DNA from: an uncultured virus (IMG/VR IMGVR_UViG_3300017732_000002)
Taxonomy: Duplodnaviria; Heunggongvirae; Uroviricota; Caudoviricetes
Virus record (IMG/VR): IMGVR_UViG_3300017732_000002
DNA: 64,000 nt
Direction: 5' to 3' (one strand)
Shown here piece by piece: positions 54,894 through 63,995 of this stretch. The position numbers were made by a program, and so were the translations under genes. Numbering within the stretch: position 1 is the stretch's first letter; each line of letters begins with the position of its first letter. The notes below the pieces were generated by a model. That model ran no database searches. It was given only the letters and a program-made list of their open reading frames with translations, and was not told the DNA's origin.

Positions 54894-54901
54894 TATTTAT
54901 A
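54894..54901 (-). promoter_or_regulatory. late promoter TATAAATA
   Basis: TATAAATA-N5-ATG. Confidence 0.75.
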
Positions 54902-54904
54902 TTT

Positions 54905-55969
54905 TCACTTAAGTGGTTTCGATAATTCTTCCCAACTTGTTTCATAATCACTGTCACCTTCTGCGTATCCCATAACACCTAACTTTTCGTATTCAGGTAT
55001 AAGTTCTTCACGCAGTAGTCCAATCTTTTTAAGGTTTGGCATGATTCTAGTAAATAGTATGTCTTGGAATTGTGAGGTAAAGATATTATGTTTTTCGTAG
55101 TCTAATGTATAATCAACGTCAAATCCATACTTTTCCCATACAGCAGTTGGTTTAAGTCTATTTCTACTTACAGTACATGCTTCCAAGGCAAAGTTTGCCC
55201 TGTCTATTTGTTCTTCTTCTGAAAGTGTTTGGACAAAATCAGTTAGATAGTTGATACCAAAAGTTACATGTCTTGCTTCGTCCCTAATGATAAGTCCTAT
55301 CATTTCTTTGTATACAGGGTCGGTACTTGTTTCTCGACTTGCTTGAAAAGCGGCTAATGCTAAACCTTCAATGACAACTTGCATACCTATAAATTTTAAA
55401 TCCCAACGTGGGTCAGTTAAAATTTTATCAAGTAATCCTTTTAGACTTCTACCAATTGGCCATGAACGTTTGAGTCTTGTCTGTAGATATTTGTTAAAAG
55501 CTTCGACATGTCGTGCTTCGTCAAATGTCTGAGAAGCTGCATAGAGTTTTGCATTGAATGTGGGTGCACAACTGGCTAATTGTGACGCAACTAATAATGC
55601 ACCTTGTTCTCCATGAAGGAATTGACTTACTGACCATGAATTTAAATCTTGGTGAAATTCTTCCTTTTCTTCTTGGGTTAATGTTTTGTATTGTTCGTGA
55701 TTCTTCCATTGATTGTCTTGGAATTCAAAGAACTCAGATGTCATTGGTTTGAATGGCGGTGACCAATCAACGTCAACTTCTACATTCCAATTTAACTTCT
55801 TACCTAGTTCGTATAGTTTTTTGATACGATTATCTTGGACTGTGTAGTCCCAATTGTAAGAACCTGTTAAAGGTGTTTGGAATATCTCTACAACGTCTGT
55901 AGGGTTTAGTTCTTCTTTCGCTGGAAAGTCTCGTACTTCTTTGGGTGTTTCTGTTTTTAATATTTGCAT
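54905..55969 (-). CDS. ferritin-like diiron carboxylate enzyme (AurF/R2-like superfamily)
   Basis: LHGEQGAL, DEARHVEAF, IEGLAL, RDEARHV: two ExxH motifs. Confidence 0.85.
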   Translation of the reverse strand: MQILKTETPKEVRDFPAKEELNPTDVVEIFQTPLTGSYNWDYTVQDNRIKKLYELGKKLNWNVEVDVDWSPPFKPMTSEFFEFQDNQWKNHEQYKTLTQEEKEEFHQDLNSWSVSQFLHGEQGALLVASQLASCAPTFNAKLYAASQTFDEARHVEAFNKYLQTRLKRSWPIGRSLKGLLDKILTDPRWDLKFIGMQVVIEGLALAAFQASRETSTDPVYKEMIGLIIRDEARHVTFGINYLTDFVQTLSEEEQIDRANFALEACTVSRNRLKPTAVWEKYGFDVDYTLDYEKHNIFTSQFQDILFTRIMPNLKKIGLLREELIPEYEKLGVMGYAEGDSDYETSWEELSKPLK

Positions 55970-55979
55970 CGTTTATTTA

Positions 55980-57695
55980 TCACTCCATAACCCTTGAAAA
56001 GTTCTTATATTTCTCAAAACGTAGTACGTCATTGAACTTATCATACAATGCGTCCCCTTTATGAGATATGATAAATGCGTTTGTTCTTTCAGGCATACCA
56101 TTCAATAGTTTTAAGAAGTCGTCTGTACCAGCACTATCTAAACTACTATCAAATACTTCGTCAAGAATAAGTAAATTAGTGTTAACACTATTTTTCATTC
56201 TTGCAATACTTCTCCAAGTGAATAGTAATGATAAGTCAATTCTCATCTTTTCACCCTGAGAGAAATTATCGTATTTGAATACGTCTCTGAATCTAGATTT
56301 GATTGTTTCTTCAAAAGATTCGTCAATCTCAAAACCAACATAGAACTCTAGTTGTGCTAGATATTTGTTGATTAGTTTGTTCATAATAGGAACATACTGT
56401 TTGATAATCTTTTGTTTTACACCTTGGTCTCTAAGAAGTGTTGAAGCGATATCATAGTAGTGAGAAGTTTCTGTTTGTGTTTCTTTCTTCTGTAAAAGAA
56501 CTTCGAGTTTATCTTCTGAATCTACAATTTTATCTTCTGCATCTGAACCTGCAGTTGCTTCACCTTTTAGGTCTTCGATTTCTTTTTGCAGTTTAGTAAT
56601 ATACTTTTGATTGGATACTACTTCTGTTTGTAAGAGACTTATTTTTTTCTGTATCTCTTCTATCTTAGATTGAATTTCTCTTATTTCTTCAAGTCTTCTT
56701 GAACACTCTCCGATTTGTTTTTCAATTTCTTCGATAGCAGTTGACAACTCCGTCTTCTTAGTCTCCTTCTGTTCAATGTGTTCTTTCTTGTGCGTTTCAT
56801 CTAAGGACTGCTCGCAGGTGGGACATTCGTCATTGTCTTCGTAGAATTTGATTTCTCTAATTGTTTTCTTACGAGCCGTTTCGAGTTGTCGTTCCAAGTC
56901 CATAAGTTCTGTGAGTTTATTTTCTTTAGTATCTTTATCCTCGATAAGTCGTGCTTGCGCCACCACATCTTGCGTCTTTTCATCTATGTTCTCCATGAGT
57001 TGATTAATGTTATCTTGGGTTTCCCCTACTGTGGATTCATACTTTAAGATTTTACTCTCTCGGTTTTCACGTAGTACATTAAGTTGCTCATTCAATCCAT
57101 GAATCCTCTCTTCCATAATATTGATTTCATGACTAGTCTCAGTGATTTCATTTTGATGTGTTGATATCCTTTTCCTTAGTATGTCTTGCATAGTAGAGAA
57201 TATAGAGATATCCAATAGGTCTTCCACTAAGTTTCTTCTGTCCTTTGCTTTCAACTGCATGAACGGAGTAAAGTTAGCAGAACCTAATATTGCGACCTGT
57301 GTAAATGAGCGGAAACTCATTTTCAGAATTTGTTTTTCTAAGTGTTCTTGGTAGTCTCTTACGTTTGCGTCTTGATTAAGCATTACGTCATCAAGATATA
57401 ATTCAAACTTGTTTGGTTTTGCACCACGGATTACCTTGTATTGTTTTGTACCAATAGAGAATTCAATCTCTACTTCTAGACCTTTCTCGTTGATACTATT
57501 GATAAGTAAATCTTTCTTTAGATTACGAAACCCACGTCCATACAATCCAAAACATAAAGCGTCAAGAAGTGTAGACTTACCACTGCCGTTCTCACCTAAT
57601 ATAAGAGTCGTTTGGTGTTTGTCTAATCGTATTTCGGTAAACTTGTTACCACTTGATAATAGATTTTTGTATCTTACTTTTTTAAAATTTATCAT
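55980..57695 (-). CDS. gp46: recombination nuclease ATPase subunit (gp46, Rad50-like)
   Basis: GENGSGKST, CPTC hook, FSQGEKMRIDL, LILDEVFDSSLD, ISHK. Confidence 0.96.
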   Translation of the reverse strand: MINFKKVRYKNLLSSGNKFTEIRLDKHQTTLILGENGSGKSTLLDALCFGLYGRGFRNLKKDLLINSINEKGLEVEIEFSIGTKQYKVIRGAKPNKFELYLDDVMLNQDANVRDYQEHLEKQILKMSFRSFTQVAILGSANFTPFMQLKAKDRRNLVEDLLDISIFSTMQDILRKRISTHQNEITETSHEINIMEERIHGLNEQLNVLRENRESKILKYESTVGETQDNINQLMENIDEKTQDVVAQARLIEDKDTKENKLTELMDLERQLETARKKTIREIKFYEDNDECPTCEQSLDETHKKEHIEQKETKKTELSTAIEEIEKQIGECSRRLEEIREIQSKIEEIQKKISLLQTEVVSNQKYITKLQKEIEDLKGEATAGSDAEDKIVDSEDKLEVLLQKKETQTETSHYYDIASTLLRDQGVKQKIIKQYVPIMNKLINKYLAQLEFYVGFEIDESFEETIKSRFRDVFKYDNFSQGEKMRIDLSLLFTWRSIARMKNSVNTNLLILDEVFDSSLDSAGTDDFLKLLNGMPERTNAFIISHKGDALYDKFNDVLRFEKYKNFSRVME

Positions 57696-58759
57696 AAAAA
57701 GTTATGTTCTTCCAATGCTTCATGGTACAGTGACTTCATTATTTTGTCTAGTTCTTTTTTCTTACCTTGTATCTCTAGACCTTCAACGTACTTTGATAAG
57801 ATAGTCAATGTGTCTTCAACATTTTCTATTTCTTCATCATCAAAGAAGTCCATGTGTTTGTTATCGTCTACAACTGATACGTGTAACGGATTGACACCAT
57901 GAAGTTTGTCTAGGAATGTATCAAACCAATATGGGTTCTCCTTTTCTATTACGATTACCTTTACAAACTTTCCTCTGTACTTTTCATAATCGTCATTAGC
58001 AATCGATTCAAAAGATTCTTCGGTATCATTATAGAATGCCTTTTCAAACATTGTTAGTGGATTATGCACAGGTAACATTTCTCTTGTATCAGTATCAAAG
58101 ATATGGAAATATTTTTCGTCTCCAAAATCTGACCAAGTGAATTGCATTTGTGAACCTACGTAGCGTATATTCTCTACGTCTGTTTTGTGGTGGAAGTGAC
58201 CACTGTAAACTTTTTCAAATCTCTTCAAGTAACTTGGGTTTAATCCGTGTGAACATACCATTGCAGGATTCATCATGGCACCTTCTATTTCAAAGTGTCC
58301 CATACAGATTGGTGCTGGTGCGGATTGAAAGAACTCTATATTGTCTGCATAGTTTTCATTATTAATCCATGGAACAAGTGCAACATCTAAACCGTCATAT
58401 TCTTTAACTACAGGTTCTTCATGTACAGTGATATTAGGTTGACCGTATAGTAATAAGGCAGGTGAGTTTACTTCGTTAGTGTTCTTATAATAGGTATCAT
58501 GGTTACCTATTATCAAGTCCATTGTAATACCTCTTTCTATCATAGGTTTTACAAAGTGCTCAATGTTTCTTTGCATGGACGCAAAGTTTATGAATTTTCG
58601 TCTATCAAAATAATCACCCATATGAATGATATGTTTGATATCGTGTTGGTCTAGATATGGAAAGAATATCTCTTTATAGAAACGTCCCTGATAATCAGAC
58701 ATTTCAACCATATCGTTCCTGACACCGCAATGTGTGTCATTCAAAATAGCTATTTTCAT
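57692..58759 (-). CDS. gp47: recombination nuclease subunit (gp47, Mre11-like)
   Basis: DTHCG, GDYFDRR, GNHD, GHFE, SGHFH. Confidence 0.96.
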   Translation of the reverse strand: MKIAILNDTHCGVRNDMVEMSDYQGRFYKEIFFPYLDQHDIKHIIHMGDYFDRRKFINFASMQRNIEHFVKPMIERGITMDLIIGNHDTYYKNTNEVNSPALLLYGQPNITVHEEPVVKEYDGLDVALVPWINNENYADNIEFFQSAPAPICMGHFEIEGAMMNPAMVCSHGLNPSYLKRFEKVYSGHFHHKTDVENIRYVGSQMQFTWSDFGDEKYFHIFDTDTREMLPVHNPLTMFEKAFYNDTEESFESIANDDYEKYRGKFVKVIVIEKENPYWFDTFLDKLHGVNPLHVSVVDDNKHMDFFDDEEIENVEDTLTILSKYVEGLEIQGKKKELDKIMKSLYHEALEEHNFL

Positions 58760-59331
58760 TAAGTGTTGTTTTTGCTCAAGTCTTGGTCAAGATTTGCTTT
58801 TGCTTTACCTGACTTCTTTTTACTTTTACGTGGTTCATATTCCACGTGGTTCATGTGTTCCTGCATCCATTCTACGTTTGTATTTACAAATGTAGGGTCA
58901 TGAGAACCGTCAATAGTAGTATAAGCGTCCATTGTAATACCCGCTTCTTCTATCTGTTTTTGCTTGATAAAGACTTGTTTCTTTTCTTTTTGAATACGTC
59001 TTAGGAATGCATAGTAACAAATTTGTGTAACGTATGCGAATGCATTGTTAGATTTTTCAACGTTGAAGTTGTTTATATACTGTAGACAGTTTTCTATAGC
59101 GTCACAAATCATTTCATCTCTATAGGTATAGTTAATGAAATTTGGACGTGTGGACAAACGGGTTGCAATCTTGTAAATACACTCACCAATATATTCTGTC
59201 ATACGTGGTGGTTGTTTACCTTTTTCTTCTGCAAGTTTAACGGACGCATTGTACTCCGCAACGGCAGCTGTAAACTCTTTGTTATTTACGTAATGTTCCG
59301 CTTGTTTCTTATCAGTGGTTTTTTTAGTCAT
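58759..59331 (-). CDS. gp55: late-transcription sigma factor (gp55)
   Basis: HYVNNKEF, YIGEC..IA..LS.RPNF.NYTYRDEMI.DAIEN, FAYVTQICYYAFLRRIQKEKKQ. Confidence 0.96.
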   Translation of the reverse strand: MTKKTTDKKQAEHYVNNKEFTAAVAEYNASVKLAEEKGKQPPRMTEYIGECIYKIATRLSTRPNFINYTYRDEMICDAIENCLQYINNFNVEKSNNAFAYVTQICYYAFLRRIQKEKKQVFIKQKQIEEAGITMDAYTTIDGSHDPTFVNTNVEWMQEHMNHVEYEPRKSKKKSGKAKANLDQDLSKNNT

Positions 59332-59337
59332 GTATCT

Positions 59338-59376
59338 ATTATATGTTAATACTTACTAATATGTAAGAGGGTTTTT
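59338..59376 (-). promoter_or_regulatory. class M promoter for gp55-47-46 (leaderless)
   Basis: AAAAACCCT-CTTACA-N18-TATAAT-N6-ATG. Confidence 0.72.
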
Positions 59377-59381
59377 AGTAT

Positions 59382-59645
59382 TTATCCAACTGAAAGTTGT
59401 ATCAGATAAAAGGATAACAACATCATACCCATTGCAGAAAACTGTATCACTGACGCAATTGCAACAAACAATAAAGCTCTATCCGCCCACCATTTACCTT
59501 CCGTCTCTTGCCATTTAGCAATCTGTTCAGGTGTAGCGTCTCTAGGTTGGAATTGGAACTTTAACTGTTCAGGAATTATATCGGAATCGGAGTCCTCTAC
59601 TTCTATTGGTCTTTTCCAAGAATCTAAGATTTTTCGTTTACTCAT
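59382..59645 (-). CDS. hypothetical membrane protein
   Basis: C-terminal TM; RDATPEQI..W motif. Confidence 0.65.
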   Translation of the reverse strand: MSKRKILDSWKRPIEVEDSDSDIIPEQLKFQFQPRDATPEQIAKWQETEGKWWADRALLFVAIASVIQFSAMGMMLLSFYLIQLSVG

Positions 59646-59668
59646 AATAATTTAATGTAAAAAGTATC

Positions 59669-59697
59669 TAGACAGAATCATTTCTATCTGATATCCT
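59669..59697 (+). promoter_or_regulatory. possible plus-strand sigma70-type promoter
   Basis: TAGACA-N17-TATCCT followed by TGTCG-CCC-CGACA hairpin. Confidence 0.35.
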
Positions 59698-59733
59698 AAC
59701 TATGTCGCCCCGACAAGCTAGCTTATATAATGA

Positions 59734-59907
59734 TTACAATCTATACTGTAGTATCGTAAGATACATTATTATAAAAGGTATCGCTATTGGAAGAGTCATT
59801 AGTGTGACCATTTGCACTGCATCGCAGAATCGGCAATAAATGCCATTTTCTCTTAGTCCGTCAACCTTTCGCACCATGCTCTTCATTGCGTATGCAATTG
59901 TGGTCAT
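59734..59907 (-). CDS. small membrane peptide (57 aa)
   Basis: Hand-found ORF MTTIAYAMKSMVRKVDGLRENGIYCRFCDAVQMVTLMTLPIAIPFIIMYLTILQYRL; GGAGA SD; TATAAATA at 59969-59976. Confidence 0.6.
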   Translation of the reverse strand: MTTIAYAMKSMVRKVDGLRENGIYCRFCDAVQMVTLMTLPIAIPFIIMYLTILQYRL

Positions 59908-59971
59908 GGTTTCTCCATATAAACAGGGTTAATGAAACAATATAACTGAATGTTATATCAATCCGTTTTAT

Positions 59972-60220
59972 TTATAACTGTAAAATTCCTAAGACATAAT
60001 TCTCAGCAGCTGACTCTGCATATGATTCAGAATGATTCTTATACACGATATCCTTCTTCCACATATGGTCTTCGTAATACCTGCAACCATACCCTTGGTC
60101 AGTTACATATACCTCTGCCTTTTTCAACTTATCGTCACTCCAATACTGGTGTAACAAATGGTCGAACTGTTTCATACCTTGTTCGTCTTCTTGTAACATA
60201 TTTAAATACCAAATTGCCAT
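59972..60220 (-). CDS. hypothetical protein
   Basis: HSESYAESAAENYVLG motif. Confidence 0.65.
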   Translation of the reverse strand: MAIWYLNMLQEDEQGMKQFDHLLHQYWSDDKLKKAEVYVTDQGYGCRYYEDHMWKKDIVYKNHSESYAESAAENYVLGILQL

Positions 60221-60756
60221 TAGTGAAGAATCTTTTTGCCTTTAGTAATCAGATGTTGTTCATACTCTGTTTCTAAATCAAAATCTTCATCTTCCAATAT
60301 TTCCAATCTCCTGAGTTCTTCGGGTGTGATTGGGCCTCCAGTTGCGTCCATGATACTCTGCATTGCTCTATCCACATATGCTTTTATATCGTCTTGATAT
60401 TCTTTTCCTGACTTAACTGGTATGGTTCCGTTCTCAACCATTTCTAACCACCTAGCAGATGCATTGTCATAGTATTTAACGAATTGCTCGTTAAGTTTAT
60501 TCCTATGTACAATGTGATTGTCGGGAATGAATAAAGTCGGTTCTGCACTGAGAGGTGCATAAGGAATAAACGTTGATAGGGTATCATTAGTTTGAGTCAA
60601 TTGTAATTGACATATCATAGGAAGTGTAATGTGTATACCTTCCTGTGAATCTCTTACCATTCCGACTATATCTAAACCAGTCTTGAGTTTGATTACCTCA
60701 TACTTGTTTGGTGCTAAAGATGTTACGTTATCCATATCTATATTTAGTTGGTTCAT
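60220..60756 (-). CDS. conserved T4-like hypothetical protein (possible Sm-like fold)
   Basis: VIKLKTGLDIVG..ITLPM; downstream of uvsW as in T4-like synteny. Confidence 0.7.
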   Translation of the reverse strand: MNQLNIDMDNVTSLAPNKYEVIKLKTGLDIVGMVRDSQEGIHITLPMICQLQLTQTNDTLSTFIPYAPLSAEPTLFIPDNHIVHRNKLNEQFVKYYDNASARWLEMVENGTIPVKSGKEYQDDIKAYVDRAMQSIMDATGGPITPEELRRLEILEDEDFDLETEYEQHLITKGKKILH

Positions 60757-62156
60757 AATTTAAATTGTTTAATGTTATAAGGAAATTGTTCCTCGTTGTA
60801 AATATTTATACGGTCTTTTAAGTGACGTAATGTGTAGTTGTCTCCCCACAAATCGTCTGCGATATCAAATAGTCTTAGATTTTCTTTACCATTACCCTTT
60901 CTCAATCCACGTCCAATGGATTGTAAGTTACGTATTCTAGATTTAGAAGGCGAAGCAAAAATTATGTTATCTATCTTCTTTATATTAACACCAGTGCTGA
61001 AGGTGCCATATGACGCAAGAATACAGGCGTCATCTTGTTTCTCTACCAATCCTCTAATCTCTTCTCTATCTTTTGTATCAGTTCCACCATAAACATAATG
61101 AAGATTATCTATTCTTTCTTTCATTAATGTGTATAAAACAAATCCATGTTTTTCTACATACTGAAACAAACAAAGTGTGTTCCCTTTTAGTGAGTAAACA
61201 AGATTACATATGAAATCATTTCTCTTTTGATTCCCTACTAAGTAATCCATTTCGTCCTGATACTTTAACTTAGCAGTTTTCTCATGTTCCAATATGATAA
61301 CGTCAATGTCTATACTTGCAATTGTACCTTCCTCAATAAGGTCGAAAGTTGATATAACCTTAGTCGCTGGCCCAAAGAGTCCTTCTAACTGTAGCCTGTG
61401 GACTTCTGTACCGTCTAACGTACCTGTAGTACCAAAACGTACTGCGGTACTTCTCATTTTTTCGAGGATTCCTTTGAGGACGTTTGCTTTGAAGAGGTGG
61501 GCTTCGTCTCCGACAACAACTTCAAACTTCGCAAGAACGTCAGTAGGTGCTTTAGATAAAGACTGCCAAGTTGTAATCGTAATGTCTGAATCGAATACAG
61601 GTTGCCCGCTGTATATTTTGCAAATTTCTTTATCATATCCATACTCCTGAAAATCTTTTGTCATTTGTTCTACCAAAGAAGTAGTAGGTACAATGACAAT
61701 TGTTTTTTTATTATAATAACGTGCAAGTAAATAAATGATTAATGACTTACCACTCGCAGTCGGTGATACTAGTAACTTTCTTCCGTATTCGATACTCTTT
61801 AGAAATGCTTCCTTTTGATAATCTCTAGGTTCAAACGGTAGGTTTAATTGGTCTATAAACTTATTGTATTCGTCTTCGGTAATTTCATTCTTAGTAATAA
61901 CGTCTTCTTCTACCGAATACTTGTATTGTCTTTCTTCACAGAACTCAGCAATGTATGGAAGTAATCCAATATAGATTTTGTGTGTCTTGATACTGAACAG
62001 ATATACTTTACCGTCCCAACGTCTATTTTTATAGGAAGGCATAAATTTTGCGTTAGGTACTTTAAATGAAAAGTAATCGTGCAAGTCTTTAGCGATTGAG
62101 TCGTCACACGAAATCTTCATAAAGACTTCATTGACTTTAGAAATTTTTAAGTCCAT
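60753..62156 (-). CDS. uvsW: SF2 helicase UvsW
   Basis: PRDYQ, SPTASGKS, PTTSLVEQM, DEAH, TTGT, ASYGTFSTG, QSIGRGLR; track start 62174. Confidence 0.96.
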   Translation of the reverse strand: MDLKISKVNEVFMKISCDDSIAKDLHDYFSFKVPNAKFMPSYKNRRWDGKVYLFSIKTHKIYIGLLPYIAEFCEERQYKYSVEEDVITKNEITEDEYNKFIDQLNLPFEPRDYQKEAFLKSIEYGRKLLVSPTASGKSLIIYLLARYYNKKTIVIVPTTSLVEQMTKDFQEYGYDKEICKIYSGQPVFDSDITITTWQSLSKAPTDVLAKFEVVVGDEAHLFKANVLKGILEKMRSTAVRFGTTGTLDGTEVHRLQLEGLFGPATKVISTFDLIEEGTIASIDIDVIILEHEKTAKLKYQDEMDYLVGNQKRNDFICNLVYSLKGNTLCLFQYVEKHGFVLYTLMKERIDNLHYVYGGTDTKDREEIRGLVEKQDDACILASYGTFSTGVNIKKIDNIIFASPSKSRIRNLQSIGRGLRKGNGKENLRLFDIADDLWGDNYTLRHLKDRINIYNEEQFPYNIKQFKL

Positions 62157-62851
62157 GCTGGGCCGTTGTACCAACCTACTATTGATACTCTAGTTCCTCT
62201 CGTTACTGGTGTGACTTGGTGATATAACCAACTTGGAAATAAACATATTGAACCGATTGCTTGTGCACTGAATGGTAAAGTTCTTACTGCTTTATCGATA
62301 TCAAGTTTTTTATCACCAAACTTAATTTTATCAAACTGTGGATTTGGTTCTAACCATTGAAACTTACCACCTTCATAATCTAAAGGGTCAGATAATTGTA
62401 TAGTCATACTAATCTTTCTGTGTTCTGGCATTCCTTCCATACTCATGATTGACTCACCACCATGGTCTGTATGCCATGTATAGAAATCACCTGTAGGTAA
62501 ATCAGGTTCGTAGTCGTAGATTGTGTATTGAAAGTTTTCTATCCAAGATAAATTGAAGTTCCAACCACACTCGTCCATTCCTTGGGCAACAATCTCATTA
62601 ATCTTTTCCATGATATTGTCAGGCATTCTATACCTTGGGTCTTGACCAAGAAACCATTTTACCTTTGATTGTCTTATTTCAGCTGCCACGGACATGTCTA
62701 CTGAGTCAGGTGCCCTATCAGGGTCATTCATTTGTCCGTTTCCTGTACGTCCTAAATCTAATGGAATTCCTTTGGCATGTTGATGTATTTGTGCAACTTC
62801 TTCTCTAGTAAAGAATTCAGGTGCTGTAAACATATAATTATTGAGTATCAT
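62147..62851 (-). CDS. 2OG-Fe(II) oxygenase (PKHD-like)
   Basis: QYTIY, WHTD, RKISMTIQLSDP.DYEGG, FPSW.YHQVTPVTRGTR. Confidence 0.88.
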   Translation of the reverse strand: MILNNYMFTAPEFFTREEVAQIHQHAKGIPLDLGRTGNGQMNDPDRAPDSVDMSVAAEIRQSKVKWFLGQDPRYRMPDNIMEKINEIVAQGMDECGWNFNLSWIENFQYTIYDYEPDLPTGDFYTWHTDHGGESIMSMEGMPEHRKISMTIQLSDPLDYEGGKFQWLEPNPQFDKIKFGDKKLDIDKAVRTLPFSAQAIGSICLFPSWLYHQVTPVTRGTRVSIVGWYNGPAWT

Positions 62852-63291
62852 TGTCCCGCCATAAACTTTCGCCAGTCGATTGTATTCTTAATCGTTTGGT
62901 GTCTCCAAGTGATATTTTGCATACACTCTTTCAAGAAGTTGATAACGATTTTTTGATACTCCACTTTACCATTCATTCTTTGTAAGTCTTGGTCAGCGTT
63001 ATACCATATCTGCATATCATTCTTCATGACTTTGAGACCGTCAAAGGGGTCGTCTTCCCAACCAAGTTCTTTTATTTGTTCCTCAGACATCTTTCCGTTA
63101 TACCATAACCACTTATTTTTAAGCAGGATATTGTATTGGAATTCTAAGTTCTTGAGAACCAATATATTATCGGTCAAGAATTCTTGATATTTTGCGTGTA
63201 GTTTGGGGACTTCTAGAGACGATTTATCTAGTTCGATATCGTCAACTTCACAATCCTTAGCCCACTCTTTGCGTAGCTCTTCTAAGTTCAT
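62848..63291 (-). CDS. uvsY: recombination mediator UvsY
   Basis: W.KDC..D..LD.SSL.VPKLHAKY, KW.WYNGK, IKNTIDWRKF. Confidence 0.92.
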   Translation of the reverse strand: MNLEELRKEWAKDCEVDDIELDKSSLEVPKLHAKYQEFLTDNILVLKNLEFQYNILLKNKWLWYNGKMSEEQIKELGWEDDPFDGLKVMKNDMQIWYNADQDLQRMNGKVEYQKIVINFLKECMQNITWRHQTIKNTIDWRKFMAGQ

Positions 63292-63297
63292 ACTATA

Positions 63298-63327
63298 ATT
63301 ATATCACGAAAATGTGTTTTTAACTAG
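63298..63327 (-). promoter_or_regulatory. class M promoter for uvsY (leaderless)
   Basis: CTAGTT-N18-TATAAT-N6-ATG. Confidence 0.6.
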
Positions 63328-63856
63328 TGGTTCCTATCTCATAATAAGTAAATCTAAAGTCTACTGTACATATTACAGCTTCACCACTCTCTCCTGATGC
63401 AAGTTCCAATCCACTTAGTGACGTTGGAAATGCGTCATAAAATTTAAAGAATCTGTTTGGTATATTCTTATTTGTATTTAGTACGAGTGTAATCATGCTA
63501 TATTGACTTAGGTCATTACCTGCACTTGAAAACTGGTTTGTTGCTGTTGCAGTTGTACCAACAAGTGTTTTGTACTTAGACGGGTCTTGTATAGGAACAA
63601 TAGAATCCATCCAATCATATACTTCTTTGAAGTTCTGTAAATCTTCGTCTACCAAAAACGATACAGATAACTTTTCAAATTCAACTTTATCGCCTGGAAA
63701 ATATGCGTCCAGTCCTATACCTGCTGGTACAGCAGTCTCACTGAATGATATGCCAGGAATATTTGCAGTACGCACGAAGTATTCCACCGTTGGAACTTTA
63801 TCGATGAGAAGTCTAAAGTTGTTCTTTTGAAGTATAGATTTGTTAATCGTAGTCAT
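63320..63856 (-). CDS. gp3: tail tube terminator/tail completion protein (T4 gp3-like)
   Basis: FRLLIDKVP.VEYF..ANIPGI, PGDK..F..L.VSFLVDEDL.N..EVYDW, DAFPTSLSG; synteny 3-uvsY-uvsW. Confidence 0.88.
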   Translation of the reverse strand: MTTINKSILQKNNFRLLIDKVPTVEYFVRTANIPGISFSETAVPAGIGLDAYFPGDKVEFEKLSVSFLVDEDLQNFKEVYDWMDSIVPIQDPSKYKTLVGTTATATNQFSSAGNDLSQYSMITLVLNTNKNIPNRFFKFYDAFPTSLSGLELASGESGEAVICTVDFRFTYYEIGTTS

Positions 63857-63875
63857 ATACCTATTTAGGTAATTT

Positions 63876-63995
63876 CTAAGACTGTTCTGATTCTAACTTT
63901 AACTCACTGAGTCCTGCTAGTTTGATAACCTTGGGTAGTCTACCGCACTTCATAAATTTATGAAATCTTTTGTTTATTTGTTTTATATACGCCAT
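63876..63995 (-). CDS. small basic hypothetical protein (39 aa)
   Basis: Hand-found ORF MAYIKQINKRFHKFMKCGRLPKVIKLAGLSELKLESEQS; upstream context cut off. Confidence 0.45.
   Translation of the reverse strand: MAYIKQINKRFHKFMKCGRLPKVIKLAGLSELKLESEQS

Noticed and set aside
270..63830. Numerous plus-strand ORFs in the six-frame track
   Set aside because: They lie antisense to well-supported minus-strand genes, show Ser/Leu/Phe-rich shadow composition and carry no recognisable motifs.
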